A stretch of DNA of 64,000 bases from an uncultured Muribaculaceae bacterium (GTDB lineage: Bacteria > Bacillota_I > Bacilli_A > RF39 > UBA660): positions 42,044 through 106,043 of the forward strand of contig CAYJFJ010000001.1 of the NCBI GenBank assembly GCA_964369845.1, read 5' to 3'. Each line of letters begins with the position of its first letter. The first letter of the stretch is position 1. The notes beneath the pieces were generated by a model. The model saw nothing but the letters and a program-made list of their open reading frames with translations. It was not told where the DNA came from and made no database searches. Shown here one piece after another: positions 1-9,353 of the stretch. The position numbers and the translations under genes were made by a program.

Positions 1-12
1 TGTAAAGTCAGT

Positions 13-1032
13 GTGGGTATGGAGGAATATGATGAAACTTTCGAATACATTGATATAGAATGTACGCCTAATTTTTCAAATTTATCTGAAATCACTGAGG
101 AACGTGAATTTTATAATAGAATTTCAAGTGTTATGGCTCATGATTTAGAAGAAAATTTGAAGGATATTAGAGTGATTAAGTCCAATAAAAAAGAAAATCC
201 TATTTCTGATGAAATGTTTGCTATAATTTTAAGTAACATATATTCAGCACTCGACTTTAAAAATTCAGACTATAAAAATGTTATTTTATCAGGAGATAGA
301 GGATTACTAAACATACTTTCAAGCAAATTTGGAAATAAAACAGTGAGTGCAGGTGATATAGATATAAGTCAAATATCAATCCGAATGTATGAGGTAGGAT
401 TAAATATTAAAGATGCTAAAAGATTGTATAATATTGCAAATAGTAATCGTATTGCAAGCGATGCTACGAGAGAATTATTCTTAAAAATTTATTGTGACGA
501 TGAGAAAAATATAAGTTATTCTGATGAAATAAAAAAATTAGCCGAAGAATGCATGTTTTCTGTACAACCAGAAGATGAAAATGATATTCTTCCAGCTTGG
601 GGAATTTGTGTGAAATTCGGTTTTGATAAGAAAAAAATCAATAAAAATCGAGATAAAATAATAAAATTGATTGAAGCAACAAATATTGGTTATCCAATGA
701 GTTCACTTGAATTATTAATGCAAACTAAAACTGGTGAGTGTTGGAATAATTTATCTACATTTGAAGAATTTGAAATTCTAGAAAAATTGTTGGCTTTGGG
801 AACTGCTTCTGGTAAATTAAGTAATAGTGAAGAAGAAAGAAGAGTAAACATAGCAGAATTAAATGAAGATTCATTATTACTAAGTCCTTTTGTATATGTT
901 GATTTTAAAGATCAAGAACAAGTAACTTCTTGGTTGAGTGGTATGAAAAGGATTTCAAATAAGTTTTTGTTTCTAACTAAAGCTAATTTGAATGAAATCG
1001 ATACACCAACAGAGTTTACCAAAAAGAGATAA
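13..1032 (+). CDS. Hypothetical protein of 339 aa. The frame is open to the window edge, so it may be 5'-truncated.
   Basis: Long ORF with a GTG start at position 13 and no upstream stop within the window. I recognise no motif. It ends 2 nt from the stop of a convergent gene. Confidence 0.45.
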   Translation: MGMEEYDETFEYIDIECTPNFSNLSEITEEREFYNRISSVMAHDLEENLKDIRVIKSNKKENPISDEMFAIILSNIYSALDFKNSDYKNVILSGDRGLLNILSSKFGNKTVSAGDIDISQISIRMYEVGLNIKDAKRLYNIANSNRIASDATRELFLKIYCDDEKNISYSDEIKKLAEECMFSVQPEDENDILPAWGICVKFGFDKKKINKNRDKIIKLIEATNIGYPMSSLELLMQTKTGECWNNLSTFEEFEILEKLLALGTASGKLSNSEEERRVNIAELNEDSLLLSPFVYVDFKDQEQVTSWLSGMKRISNKFLFLTKANLNEIDTPTEFTKKR

Positions 1033-1034
1033 CT

Positions 1035-1661
1035 TTATCTTTCAAAGTCATCTCTTTTTTTGTCTTTATATTCGGAATTTTCATATACCTCTTTTATGTC
1101 ATTATATTTATCACGAGATAAAATATCATACTTAAATAAATCTTTAGCAAACTCGAAATATTTTTTTCTATCGTTAGTAAAGAATTTATCTTGGATAAGG
1201 TTTACTAGATTATTAAATATTGATTTTAAAACATCTACTGTTCTTTTTAGGTATTTATTTTCAGATTTTAAATTGCTTATTTCTTCATTTTTCTTATCTA
1301 CTTGTTTTGATAAAGTATTTACTCTAAGGTTTAATGCTTCATTATTTTCAGTTAGTGTTTTAATTTGTTCGCTCTTAGACTTTAAAGTATCATCCACATT
1401 GGTAAATGTTAAAGATAGATTATGAATATTTTCATATTCTTCATTTGATTTACTAACTGAAGAAATATACTTATCAATAGTTTCTTTATCTTCAGTAGTT
1501 ATAATATAATTATTTTTGTTTAATTTAGATAATTTAAGGTTATCTATTTTTTGTTTTAAAATATTAGTTTCAGTATCTAGATTTTTAGAGTTATTATTGA
1601 TGTTTTCTAAGTTAGTTTTATTTTTAATAATTTCATCTTTTAACTCTTGGTAGTTAGTCAT
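1035..1661 (-). CDS. Coiled-coil protein of 208 aa, rich in N, K and E.
   Basis: Heptad-like, low-complexity coiled-coil composition. Convergent with 13..1032. The overlapping + ORF 1060..1425 is an antisense artefact. Confidence 0.45.
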   Translation of the reverse strand: MTNYQELKDEIIKNKTNLENINNNSKNLDTETNILKQKIDNLKLSKLNKNNYIITTEDKETIDKYISSVSKSNEEYENIHNLSLTFTNVDDTLKSKSEQIKTLTENNEALNLRVNTLSKQVDKKNEEISNLKSENKYLKRTVDVLKSIFNNLVNLIQDKFFTNDRKKYFEFAKDLFKYDILSRDKYNDIKEVYENSEYKDKKRDDFER

Positions 1662-1823
1662 ATCAGATACATGAATATCTATATTTCTTCCTTTTTGTTT
1701 TTCTTTTAAATGAAATGGAGCTTAATAAATTTCTCTACTAATTTCATCCTGAAAACAAAAAAAAACCAATCTTACGATTGATTTATATCTAAATGCCCGG
1801 TACATTCCGAACAGAATCGTCAT

Positions 1824-1898
1824 TGGAGCAAGTGACCGGGATCGAACCGGCATCCTAGCCTTGGCAAGGCCATATACTAACCATTGTACTACACCTGC
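1824..1898 (-). tRNA. tRNA-Gly (anticodon GCC)
   Basis: Folded by hand from the reverse complement. Acceptor stem GCAGGTG/CACTTGC. D-arm GTAC-AATGGTTA-GTAT. Anticodon arm TGGCC-TTGCCAA-GGCTA with U33 and anticodon GCC. T-arm GCCGG-TTCGATC-CCGGT. Discriminator T plus CCA. Confidence 0.8.
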
Positions 1899-1945
1899 AG
1901 TTGCAATAAGATTTTACCAAATTTTTGTAAAATAATCAAGATTAT

Positions 1946-1974
1946 TTGAAAAAAAAATTAAAATTTGTTATAAT
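1946..1974 (+). promoter_or_regulatory. Sigma-A-type promoter upstream of the LtaS-like gene
   Basis: TTGAAA at 1946-1951, a 17-nt spacer, then TGtTATAAT (extended -10, TATAAT at 1969-1974). It lies 12 nt upstream of the gene. Confidence 0.55.
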
Positions 1975-1986
1975 TGTATACGTGAG

Positions 1987-4014
1987 ATGAATAATATGAA
2001 GGAAAAAATTTTAAATTATATAAATAATGTAAGAAGATTAATAATAGAATACGTTGTAACCAATAGACTTTTCGTTACATACGTTCTTATATCTTTGATT
2101 GGAATGATGATTACAAGATTCTCGACTTTAGGAGAATTTTTCACATTCAGGTCATTAGTAGCAAACTTAGCTTTAATACTAATGATAGGATCTCTTAGTT
2201 ATGTTTTAAAACCTAAGAATAGATTTAAATATTTATTTTTTTGGATATTAGTATTTACATTGATGGGTTTAGTAAATACAATTTACTATAAATTCTATGC
2301 ATCATTTGCATCGTTTGGAGAACTAGCAATGTTAGGTCAAGCTGAAACAGTTACAGGTTCAATATATGACAAATTACATGTACTCGATTTTATTTACATA
2401 TTTATGCCTATTATTTTTTACGGGTATCATAAAAAGATTAAAAAGACTTCGTACTATAACTTTATAACAAAATTTGAAAGAAAAAAAACAAAATTTACAA
2501 GTACTTTAGCTGTAGGTGGAACAATGTTGTTTTTTATATTATCTACATCAACAGCAACAGATTTTAGTAGACTTGGAAACCAGTGGAATAGATTATCTAA
2601 CATGGAAAGATTTGGTTTAATATTTTATCAGTTTAATGATTTAGTACAAACTTTAAAACCTCAGTTTTCTTCGCTATTTGGATATGAAGAAGCAGCTGAG
2701 GCATTTAATGAATACTTCGCTGAAGAAAATGTAATTCCAGATAACAAATATACAGGTGTTTTAGAAGGCAAAAATATAGTGTTTATTCACATGGAAAGTA
2801 TACAAACATTCTTGATGGATTTAAGTTATAATGGGGTAGAAGTAACACCTAACTTAAATAAATTAGCAGATGAAGGAATGTTCTTCACTAATTTCTTTCC
2901 ACAAATTTCAACTGGAACGTCAAGTGATGCAGAGTTTACATTATTATCGAGTATGTATCCTGCATCAACTGGAACAGTATTTGTAAGTTACTATGATAGA
3001 AATTACATAACAATACCGAAAGTCTTGAGTGAAAAAGGTTATACAACATTTAGTATGCATGGAAATAACTTTACAATGTGGAATAGAAGTAATGCGCATC
3101 CTTCTCTAGGATATGAAGAATTTTACTACAAAGATAAATATGACTTTACAGAAGAAGATGAAATAGGTCTTGGAATAAATGATTCACTATTTTTTGAGCA
3201 GTCTATAGCATATTTAGAAGAAATAGAATCAAGTTCAACAAATTACATGGGAACAGTTATAACATTATCTAATCATTCTCCATTTGAAAGTGTAGATAAA
3301 TACGTTGAATATGATTTATCGACAACATTTGAAGTTGAAAATGAAGATGGAATAACTGAAACAGTAACTACAGATTATTTAAGTAAAAAATCTATAGGTA
3401 GATATTTAAAAAGCAGTCATTTTGCAGATTTAGCTATGGGTGAGTTTATTGACATGGTAAATGAAAGTGAATATTTTAACGATACCGTATTTGTTTTCTA
3501 TGGAGATCATGATGCAAAATTCTCTCAATCAGAAATGAATTATTTAATAAATTACGATTATATGACAGGTGATTTAAAAGAAGAAAGCGACCCGACATAT
3601 GTTGAATATGATTCATTTGATCATGAGTTAGATAAAAATACACCGTTAATAATATGGTCTAAAAATGAAGAAATAAGAGAAACTATAAATGGTGAGTTTG
3701 ATTACCCAATGGGTACAGTAGATGTAGCTCCAACACTTTACAATATGTTAGGTGTGTATAATGAATATTCTTTCGGGAATGATATATTTACAGCAAAAGA
3801 TGACAACTATGTAGTATTTCCAAATGCAAATTTCTTAACAGCAGATATTTATTATAATAATTCAAAAAGTGAATATAAAGCTTTAAGAGAAGATGTAATT
3901 TTAACAGAAAATTATATAGAAGATTACCTAGCAAAAACAGAAGAAAAATTAACAGTATCAAATTCTATAATAGTTCATAATTTGATTGAAAAAGAAGTTT
4001 TAGATAAGGAGTAA
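1987..4014 (+). CDS. LtaS-family lipoteichoic-acid synthase-like protein (polytopic N-terminus plus extracellular sulfatase-type domain)
   Basis: Five N-terminal hydrophobic helices are followed by a sulfatase-like domain. Motifs seen: MESIQTF...NFFPQISTGTSSDAEFTLLSSMYP and FYGDHD. Confidence 0.75.
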   Translation: MNNMKEKILNYINNVRRLIIEYVVTNRLFVTYVLISLIGMMITRFSTLGEFFTFRSLVANLALILMIGSLSYVLKPKNRFKYLFFWILVFTLMGLVNTIYYKFYASFASFGELAMLGQAETVTGSIYDKLHVLDFIYIFMPIIFYGYHKKIKKTSYYNFITKFERKKTKFTSTLAVGGTMLFFILSTSTATDFSRLGNQWNRLSNMERFGLIFYQFNDLVQTLKPQFSSLFGYEEAAEAFNEYFAEENVIPDNKYTGVLEGKNIVFIHMESIQTFLMDLSYNGVEVTPNLNKLADEGMFFTNFFPQISTGTSSDAEFTLLSSMYPASTGTVFVSYYDRNYITIPKVLSEKGYTTFSMHGNNFTMWNRSNAHPSLGYEEFYYKDKYDFTEEDEIGLGINDSLFFEQSIAYLEEIESSSTNYMGTVITLSNHSPFESVDKYVEYDLSTTFEVENEDGITETVTTDYLSKKSIGRYLKSSHFADLAMGEFIDMVNESEYFNDTVFVFYGDHDAKFSQSEMNYLINYDYMTGDLKEESDPTYVEYDSFDHELDKNTPLIIWSKNEEIRETINGEFDYPMGTVDVAPTLYNMLGVYNEYSFGNDIFTAKDDNYVVFPNANFLTADIYYNNSKSEYKALREDVILTENYIEDYLAKTEEKLTVSNSIIVHNLIEKEVLDKE

Positions 4015-4015
4015 A

Positions 4016-4642
4016 ATGAAAAAAAGATATAAAATAATTTTAGTGCTAATTGTACTTTTGATAATAATAGCAGTTATAGTAAGTGCACTAAATGCATTTA
4101 CTCCTAAAACAGAAGTTAAAATATTAGAAACAATAGAAGGATTTAGTTATAATTTATCTGATGCAGATACAAAGTTATATAAAGAAAATTATGACTTACT
4201 TAAAGAGGAATTAAAAAAAGAAGAGGTTGATCAAGAAATTTATGCAAAGTTAATTGCTAAACTATTTATAATCGATCTGTATACAATAAATAATAAAATT
4301 AATAAATATGATGTTGGTGGAACAGAATTCGTTTACACAGATATTGTTGATAATTACAAATTAAAAGTAAGTGATACAATCTATAAATATATTTCAAATG
4401 AAGCAAAAAAAGATTTGCCTGAAGTTACTAGTGTAACTATTGAAAGTATTGAAGAAACAGAGTATGAATTAATAATTAACGAAGAAGAAATATTATTTGA
4501 TGGATATGTAATAAAAGCAAACTGGGATTATGAAGAAGATTACGGTTATGATGAAGAGGCTACAATTATAATTGTCTCAAAAGAAGAAAGAATGGAAATA
4601 GTTGAATTTACTAGCGGAGATTTAGATGAAGAAAATAATTAG
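4016..4642 (+). CDS. Signal-anchored extracytoplasmic protein of 208 aa. Translationally coupled downstream of the LtaS-like gene.
   Basis: N-terminal TM segment IILVLIVLLIIIAVIVSAL followed by an acidic domain. Its start is 2 nt after the upstream stop. Confidence 0.45.
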   Translation: MKKRYKIILVLIVLLIIIAVIVSALNAFTPKTEVKILETIEGFSYNLSDADTKLYKENYDLLKEELKKEEVDQEIYAKLIAKLFIIDLYTINNKINKYDVGGTEFVYTDIVDNYKLKVSDTIYKYISNEAKKDLPEVTSVTIESIEETEYELIINEEEILFDGYVIKANWDYEEDYGYDEEATIIIVSKEERMEIVEFTSGDLDEENN

Positions 4643-6620
4643 AAAATTATCTAAAAGAAATAAATTTACAGTTGTTTTATATTTACTAACAATACTAGCT
4701 TATATTGTTAGTTTTTCCATATTTACTAAAAACGTATTAAGTTTAAAAGATATAGAGACGCTTGTAAGATATATTATATTAGCTTTATTCGCAGTGTATT
4801 TTATAAACTTTGTACTAGCAAATTTATTAAGAATTATAGAAAGAAGATATAAGAAATTTTATATATCGTTTAGTATAAGTTTATTTTTTATAATTATATT
4901 TATATTAGGTAGCCTTGCAATTAATTTTGTATATTCGGGAATATCAAGTTTTGGAGAAAGTGAAACAATAGTATATTCGCAACACTTAATAACTTTAACA
5001 GATGATGAATTAGAAGAAGAAGATAATATAGGTATAATATCATCAGATGACGATAATCATGGAAATGATTTGTCTACAAAACTTATAGAAGCAGAAAGAT
5101 TGAGTAATAAAATATTAACTTATGATGATTATGTTCATATGTTAACGCAGCTTTATGAAGGTAAAATTGATGCAGCTTTAGTACCTGGAACATATTTGAC
5201 ATTATATAGTAATGAAGAAGGATTTGAAAATATTGCAAGTGAAACAGAAATCATTGCAACGTATAGTGAAGAACAAGAGAATAAAGATATAACAATTACA
5301 TCAACTAAAGATTTTGATGAACCACTTACATTTCTTATAATGGGAGTAGACTCAGAAACTGATGGTTTAAATGCAAATGCTGCCTTCAATGGTGATACTT
5401 TAATGATGGTAACATTTAATCCTAAAACACTAAATGCTACAATGTTTAGTATTCCAAGAGATACTTTAGTTCCAATAGCGTGTAGATCAAATACATTAAA
5501 TAAAATAAATTCATCAGCAGCATATGGTACTGAGTGTGTTATAGATACAGTAGAAAATTTTACAGGTATTACAGTTGATTATTATGTAAAAATAAATTTC
5601 AAAGGTGTAGTAGATTTAGTAGATGCTATTGGAGGAATAACAGTAGATGTTGAAGAGCCGGATATAGATACATATGATGGTCAAGTATGTGAGCAAAATT
5701 CAGATAGACAGTTCGGAGATGAACTTATATGTATGGATTCAGGAATTCAACATTTAGATGGTGAGCAAGCACTTGCTTATGCTCGTAATAGAAAATTATA
5801 TTTAACATCTGATTTAGCAAGAACACAACATCAGCAACAAGTAGTAGAAGCAATAGCAAATCAATTACTTACACTGAGTAGTATTGAAGATTTTGAAAAA
5901 GTATTTGATACAGTTGATAAAAATATAGTTTCAAATATGCAACCAGAACAAATATTTTCAGCATATAATGTTATGAAGGATATTGTATTTAATTCAATAA
6001 GTGGAAATGGATTCGTATCAATTGAAAAAAGTTATTTAGAAGTTTATAGCTTAAGAGTATGGATTGAGTCAAGCCAAAGAGAAAGTGAAACTTTAGGATA
6101 TTATAAAGATTCGCTAGAAGATATAAAACAAATGATGGAAATAAACTTAGGCTTAAAAGAAGATGAAAGTACAAAAACATTCTCATTTTCTGCTAATGAA
6201 TATTATGAACCAGTAGTAGCAGGAGATGGATATGTTAAAGAACGAACTGAAGAAGTATTATCAAATTATGTAGGTTCAAATAAATCAGATGCCCAAAGTT
6301 TTTGTACAAAAAATGGAATAAGTTGTACATTCGAAACAGTTGATTCAGACGATGAAAATTATAATATGTATGTAAGTGAAGGATTAATAGGAGCACAAAG
6401 TGTACACGAAAAAGTACTGTTATCTACAATAGATAAAATAACATTTTATTTAGTAGGAGAGAACTTAAATAAAGAAGATGAAGAAGACGAACCAACTGAA
6501 AATAATGAAGAAAAGCCAGAAGAAGAAAAACCAGAAGAAGAAAAACCAGAAGAAGATTTAGAACCAGAAAAAGAACCTGAGTCAGATGTATCATCATCAG
6601 ACAATGATTCATTAGAATAA
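4626..6620 (+). CDS. LCP (LytR-CpsA-Psr) family glycopolymer-peptidoglycan ligase with an N-terminal TM anchor, an extra juxtamembrane domain and an acidic PEEEK-repeat tail
   Basis: LCP core FLIMGVDSETDG...MFSIPRDTLV...KINSSAAYG...YYVKINFKGVVDLVDAIGG. C-terminal tail EEKPEEEKPEEEKPEE encoded by 15-bp tandem repeats at 6516..6557. Confidence 0.8.
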   Translation: MKKIIRKLSKRNKFTVVLYLLTILAYIVSFSIFTKNVLSLKDIETLVRYIILALFAVYFINFVLANLLRIIERRYKKFYISFSISLFFIIIFILGSLAINFVYSGISSFGESETIVYSQHLITLTDDELEEEDNIGIISSDDDNHGNDLSTKLIEAERLSNKILTYDDYVHMLTQLYEGKIDAALVPGTYLTLYSNEEGFENIASETEIIATYSEEQENKDITITSTKDFDEPLTFLIMGVDSETDGLNANAAFNGDTLMMVTFNPKTLNATMFSIPRDTLVPIACRSNTLNKINSSAAYGTECVIDTVENFTGITVDYYVKINFKGVVDLVDAIGGITVDVEEPDIDTYDGQVCEQNSDRQFGDELICMDSGIQHLDGEQALAYARNRKLYLTSDLARTQHQQQVVEAIANQLLTLSSIEDFEKVFDTVDKNIVSNMQPEQIFSAYNVMKDIVFNSISGNGFVSIEKSYLEVYSLRVWIESSQRESETLGYYKDSLEDIKQMMEINLGLKEDESTKTFSFSANEYYEPVVAGDGYVKERTEEVLSNYVGSNKSDAQSFCTKNGISCTFETVDSDDENYNMYVSEGLIGAQSVHEKVLLSTIDKITFYLVGENLNKEDEEDEPTENNEEKPEEEKPEEEKPEEDLEPEKEPESDVSSSDNDSLE

Positions 6621-6623
6621 AAA

Positions 6624-6654
6624 AGAAATAATTTGAAATTATTTCTTTTTTTTT
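6624..6654. terminator. Bidirectional rho-independent terminator between convergent genes
   Basis: Perfect inverted repeat AGAAATAATTT/AAATTATTTCT. A T-run (6647-6654) lies on the + side and an A-run (6621-6624) on the other side. Confidence 0.6.
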
Positions 6655-6682
6655 GCAAGAAAAAAACATATATATATATGCT

Positions 6683-7513
6683 TTATTTCTTTTTCTTATT
6701 TCCTAATTGTTTATTAATTGCATCTACTTTACTTTTTTTAGTGTTAGTATTATTTTTCTTCTTAGTAGAAGAGTTTTTAGATTTAGCACTAGTTTTCTTC
6801 TTAGTAGAAGCATTTTTGTTTTTAGTATTAGTATTTTTAGAAGTAGTTTCTTTTTTACTTGTAACTTTAATTTCTGATTTATTATTTTCAGCAGCAGGTT
6901 TATCTTTTGTTTTCTTAGTTTTATTTTGCTTGTTATCTTTAACGTTAGTCTTTTTAACTTCTTCTTTTTTCTTAACTTTAGTATTAGGTTTAACTTTATC
7001 TTTCTTAACTTTTTTAACAGTACTTACTTTACTCTTAACTTTTTTACTATTTTTAAGGTCTACATTTTTAAGTTTATTAAATAAGTTAGAAAATTTATTT
7101 TTAATACCTGTAAACATTGTTTTAGGATTAAATTTACTATTTTGGGTAACCTTTTTAGTTAATGAAGTAACTTTTAATTTTAAGTCATGAGCGTAATCTT
7201 TAAATGTAGGTTTATCACTTTTATCGTTTTTACGTTTTAAGCGATAATTGTTAAAATTAATTTTAATATCTGTAATATAATCTTTAAATTTGATTTTATC
7301 TTTTTGATCTGTTTTCTTTTTAATATCTTTAGTAGAATTAATTTTAACAACTTTCTTATTAGTGTTTTTCTTAATAGTCTTACTTTGAATTTCTTCTTCA
7401 GTAGGTTTAAGAAGTAAAAATAATATAAGAACGGTTAAAGTTAATAAATATAAACAGATCAAACATATAAAAATTATGTCAATTTGATCAAAAGTTTTTG
7501 TCATTTGTATCAC
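6683..7513 (-). CDS. Membrane-anchored, extremely lysine-rich low-complexity protein (276 aa)
   Basis: N-terminal TM segment IIFICLICLYLLTLTVLILFLLL followed by about 230 aa with more than 30% Lys. The overlapping + ORF 6633..7190 is its poly-Phe/Leu mirror image. That ORF starts on TTG inside the terminator, so I reject it. Confidence 0.5.
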   Translation of the reverse strand: MIQMTKTFDQIDIIFICLICLYLLTLTVLILFLLLKPTEEEIQSKTIKKNTNKKVVKINSTKDIKKKTDQKDKIKFKDYITDIKINFNNYRLKRKNDKSDKPTFKDYAHDLKLKVTSLTKKVTQNSKFNPKTMFTGIKNKFSNLFNKLKNVDLKNSKKVKSKVSTVKKVKKDKVKPNTKVKKKEEVKKTNVKDNKQNKTKKTKDKPAAENNKSEIKVTSKKETTSKNTNTKNKNASTKKKTSAKSKNSSTKKKNNTNTKKSKVDAINKQLGNKKKK

Positions 7514-7554
7514 CGATTTTATTATATTATAAAGTTTATTAAAAAACTAGTGTA

Positions 7555-7586
7555 AATTTGACACTTTTAAATAAAAATGTCAAATT
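7555..7586. promoter_or_regulatory. Palindromic operator-like site in a divergent promoter region
   Basis: Perfect 9-bp inverted repeat AATTTGACA (7555-7563) and TGTCAAATT (7578-7586), separated by 14 bp. It overlaps a putative -35 of a downstream promoter: TGGAAA, 17-nt spacer, TGaTATAAT at 7610-7618. Confidence 0.45.
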
Positions 7587-7638
7587 GAATGGAAAAAGTA
7601 TACTCAAAATGATATAATGTATAAAGATAGGAGGCATA

Positions 7639-9342
7639 ATGAAAAAAGTAGTATTTATATTTATAATGATAATAACTTTCATAATGCCTGAAATAGTATC
7701 AGCTAAAACCTACAATGTTAGAATAGTTGACGAATATGTAAACTTAAGATCAGCACCTTCGACTAGTGGAACATTAATTGAAAGATTAGAAGTTGATACT
7801 ATCCACACTTTAATTGAATTAGAAAAAACAAATAACTGGTATAAAATAACAAGTGCATCAGGAAATATAGGATATATTTCTGCTAACTATGCAGCTGCAT
7901 TTATTGATTATCAAACAGAAAGTAGTGAAGCAGTAACAGAGTGCGAAATAGCAATGAAAAATGCTGGTTTCACAGATTCATCTTACTGGCCATATTTATG
8001 TTTTATGAAAGAAACAAATCCAAACTGGAATTTTGTACCAATCATTACAAATTTAGAATGGCAAGATGCAGTAGAAAACGAAAGTATATGTGGTAGAAGT
8101 TATATAATGACTAGTGATGCCAATTACATAGATTCTAGTTGTGTTAATCAGTATGAACATACTTGGTACCCAGCGAGTAAAAAAGCAGTTTCTTATTACA
8201 TGGATCCGCGTAACTTTTTAGCAGAAAATTTTATTTTTCAATTTGAATATTTAAAATATGACACTTCACTTGAAAGTAGTTATGTACCAGTTATAACAAG
8301 TACACTTTCATCGTCAAATTTTTATAATTATCATCTTGCACTAGGTAATGATTTTTCATCAGTACTTAATACAGCTGCAAAAGATGCTAATGTAAGTCCT
8401 ACATTCTTAGCGGCTAGAATTCTTCAAGAACTAGGTAGTAAAGATTCTTTATACGGTTTATTTAGTGGTATTGAAGAAGGATATGTAGGATATTATAATT
8501 TTTATAATTATGGAGTTACAGATTACTGTGCTACTACACAAGGGGCAGTAAAATGTGGTCTTGATTCAGCTGTTAGGTATGGCTGGAATACATTATATAA
8601 TGCGTTAAAAGGCGGAGCAGTCTTCATTGGTGATTATTATGTAAATGTAGGGCAGTATACAACATATTTACAAAAATTTAACGTAGTGCCAACTGACTCT
8701 TCAAAGTTATATGTACATCAATATCAAACTAATATTATGGCTCCAATGACAGAAGCAAGAACTGTATATAGTAGTATAGATTCAAAAGGTTTGTTAGATA
8801 ATGCATATACGTTTTATATACCTGTTTACAATAATATGGATAAAATAGTTGACAATACAGGCTCAGGTGCTACTGGAGAAGAAGAAGATGCAGTAGATCC
8901 AAGTGTTATTGAGATAAGTACAATTGTAACGACAAGTGGTTATAGATACCAAACAGGTTATATAAGTAATTTTGAAGTAGGCACTTTAGTTAGTGATGTT
9001 TTAACAAAACTTGAATCAGTAGCGGGAAAATCAAATGTAACAATTACAAATAAAGATGGTTTTACTATAACAGATGGACTTATAAAAACAGGTGATAAAA
9101 TAACAATAAAAAATTCGCTTACAACTGAGTCTTTAGTTGTAATAGTTTATGGTGATACATCAGGTGATGGAAAAATAGATGCACTTGATTTATTGCAAGT
9201 TCAAAAAAATATATTAGGAACATATAATTTAGTTAATGAATATGCTCTAGCAGCAGACACATCAAAAGATGGAAAAATAGATGCACTTGATTTATTACAA
9301 GTTCAAAAAAACTTGTTAGAAACATATAAAATAGAACAATAA
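7639..9342 (+). CDS. Secreted peptidoglycan hydrolase carrying SH3b, a glucosaminidase-like domain and a C-terminal tandem type-I dockerin
   Basis: - Signal peptide FIFIMIITFIMPEIVSA.
- SH3b-like segment YNVRIV...NWYKITSASGNIGYISANY.
- Glucosaminidase-like segment FLAARILQELGSKDSLYGLF...YYNFYNYG.
- C-terminus GDTSGDGKIDALDLLQVQKNIL...ADTSKDGKIDALDLLQVQKNLL. Both halves follow the Ca-binding pattern D-x-S-x-D-G-K-I-D-x-x-D. Confidence 0.7.
   Translation: MKKVVFIFIMIITFIMPEIVSAKTYNVRIVDEYVNLRSAPSTSGTLIERLEVDTIHTLIELEKTNNWYKITSASGNIGYISANYAAAFIDYQTESSEAVTECEIAMKNAGFTDSSYWPYLCFMKETNPNWNFVPIITNLEWQDAVENESICGRSYIMTSDANYIDSSCVNQYEHTWYPASKKAVSYYMDPRNFLAENFIFQFEYLKYDTSLESSYVPVITSTLSSSNFYNYHLALGNDFSSVLNTAAKDANVSPTFLAARILQELGSKDSLYGLFSGIEEGYVGYYNFYNYGVTDYCATTQGAVKCGLDSAVRYGWNTLYNALKGGAVFIGDYYVNVGQYTTYLQKFNVVPTDSSKLYVHQYQTNIMAPMTEARTVYSSIDSKGLLDNAYTFYIPVYNNMDKIVDNTGSGATGEEEDAVDPSVIEISTIVTTSGYRYQTGYISNFEVGTLVSDVLTKLESVAGKSNVTITNKDGFTITDGLIKTGDKITIKNSLTTESLVVIVYGDTSGDGKIDALDLLQVQKNILGTYNLVNEYALAADTSKDGKIDALDLLQVQKNLLETYKIEQ
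9166..9311 (+). repeat. 45-bp direct repeat (one mismatch) encoding the two dockerin halves
   Basis: gatggaaaaatagatgcacttgatttatt[g/a]caagttcaaaaaaa occurs at 9166-9210 and again at 9268-9311. Confidence 0.8.
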
Positions 9343-9353
9343 AAAGGAGTAAA

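Noticed and set aside
1060-1425. 121-aa + ORF overlapping the coiled-coil gene
   Set aside because: Antisense artefact of an AT-rich coding region. Low-complexity S/L/F composition.
5153-6669. Minus-strand ORFs (5153..5389, 5989..6186, 6424..6669, 6446..6658) inside or after the LCP gene
   Set aside because: They lie entirely within a well-supported + gene or its repeat tail and translate to low-complexity sequence. They are antisense frames.
6633-7190. 185-aa Phe/Leu-rich + ORF
   Set aside because: It is the mirror image of the Lys-rich minus-strand gene (AAA/AAG codons read as TTT/CTT). It starts on TTG inside the terminator hairpin and has no RBS.
7639-9342. Prophage endolysin interpretation of the SH3b-glucosaminidase gene
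   Set aside because: No holin, terminase or tail genes are nearby. The protein has a Sec signal peptide and a dockerin. It is more consistent with a host autolysin.
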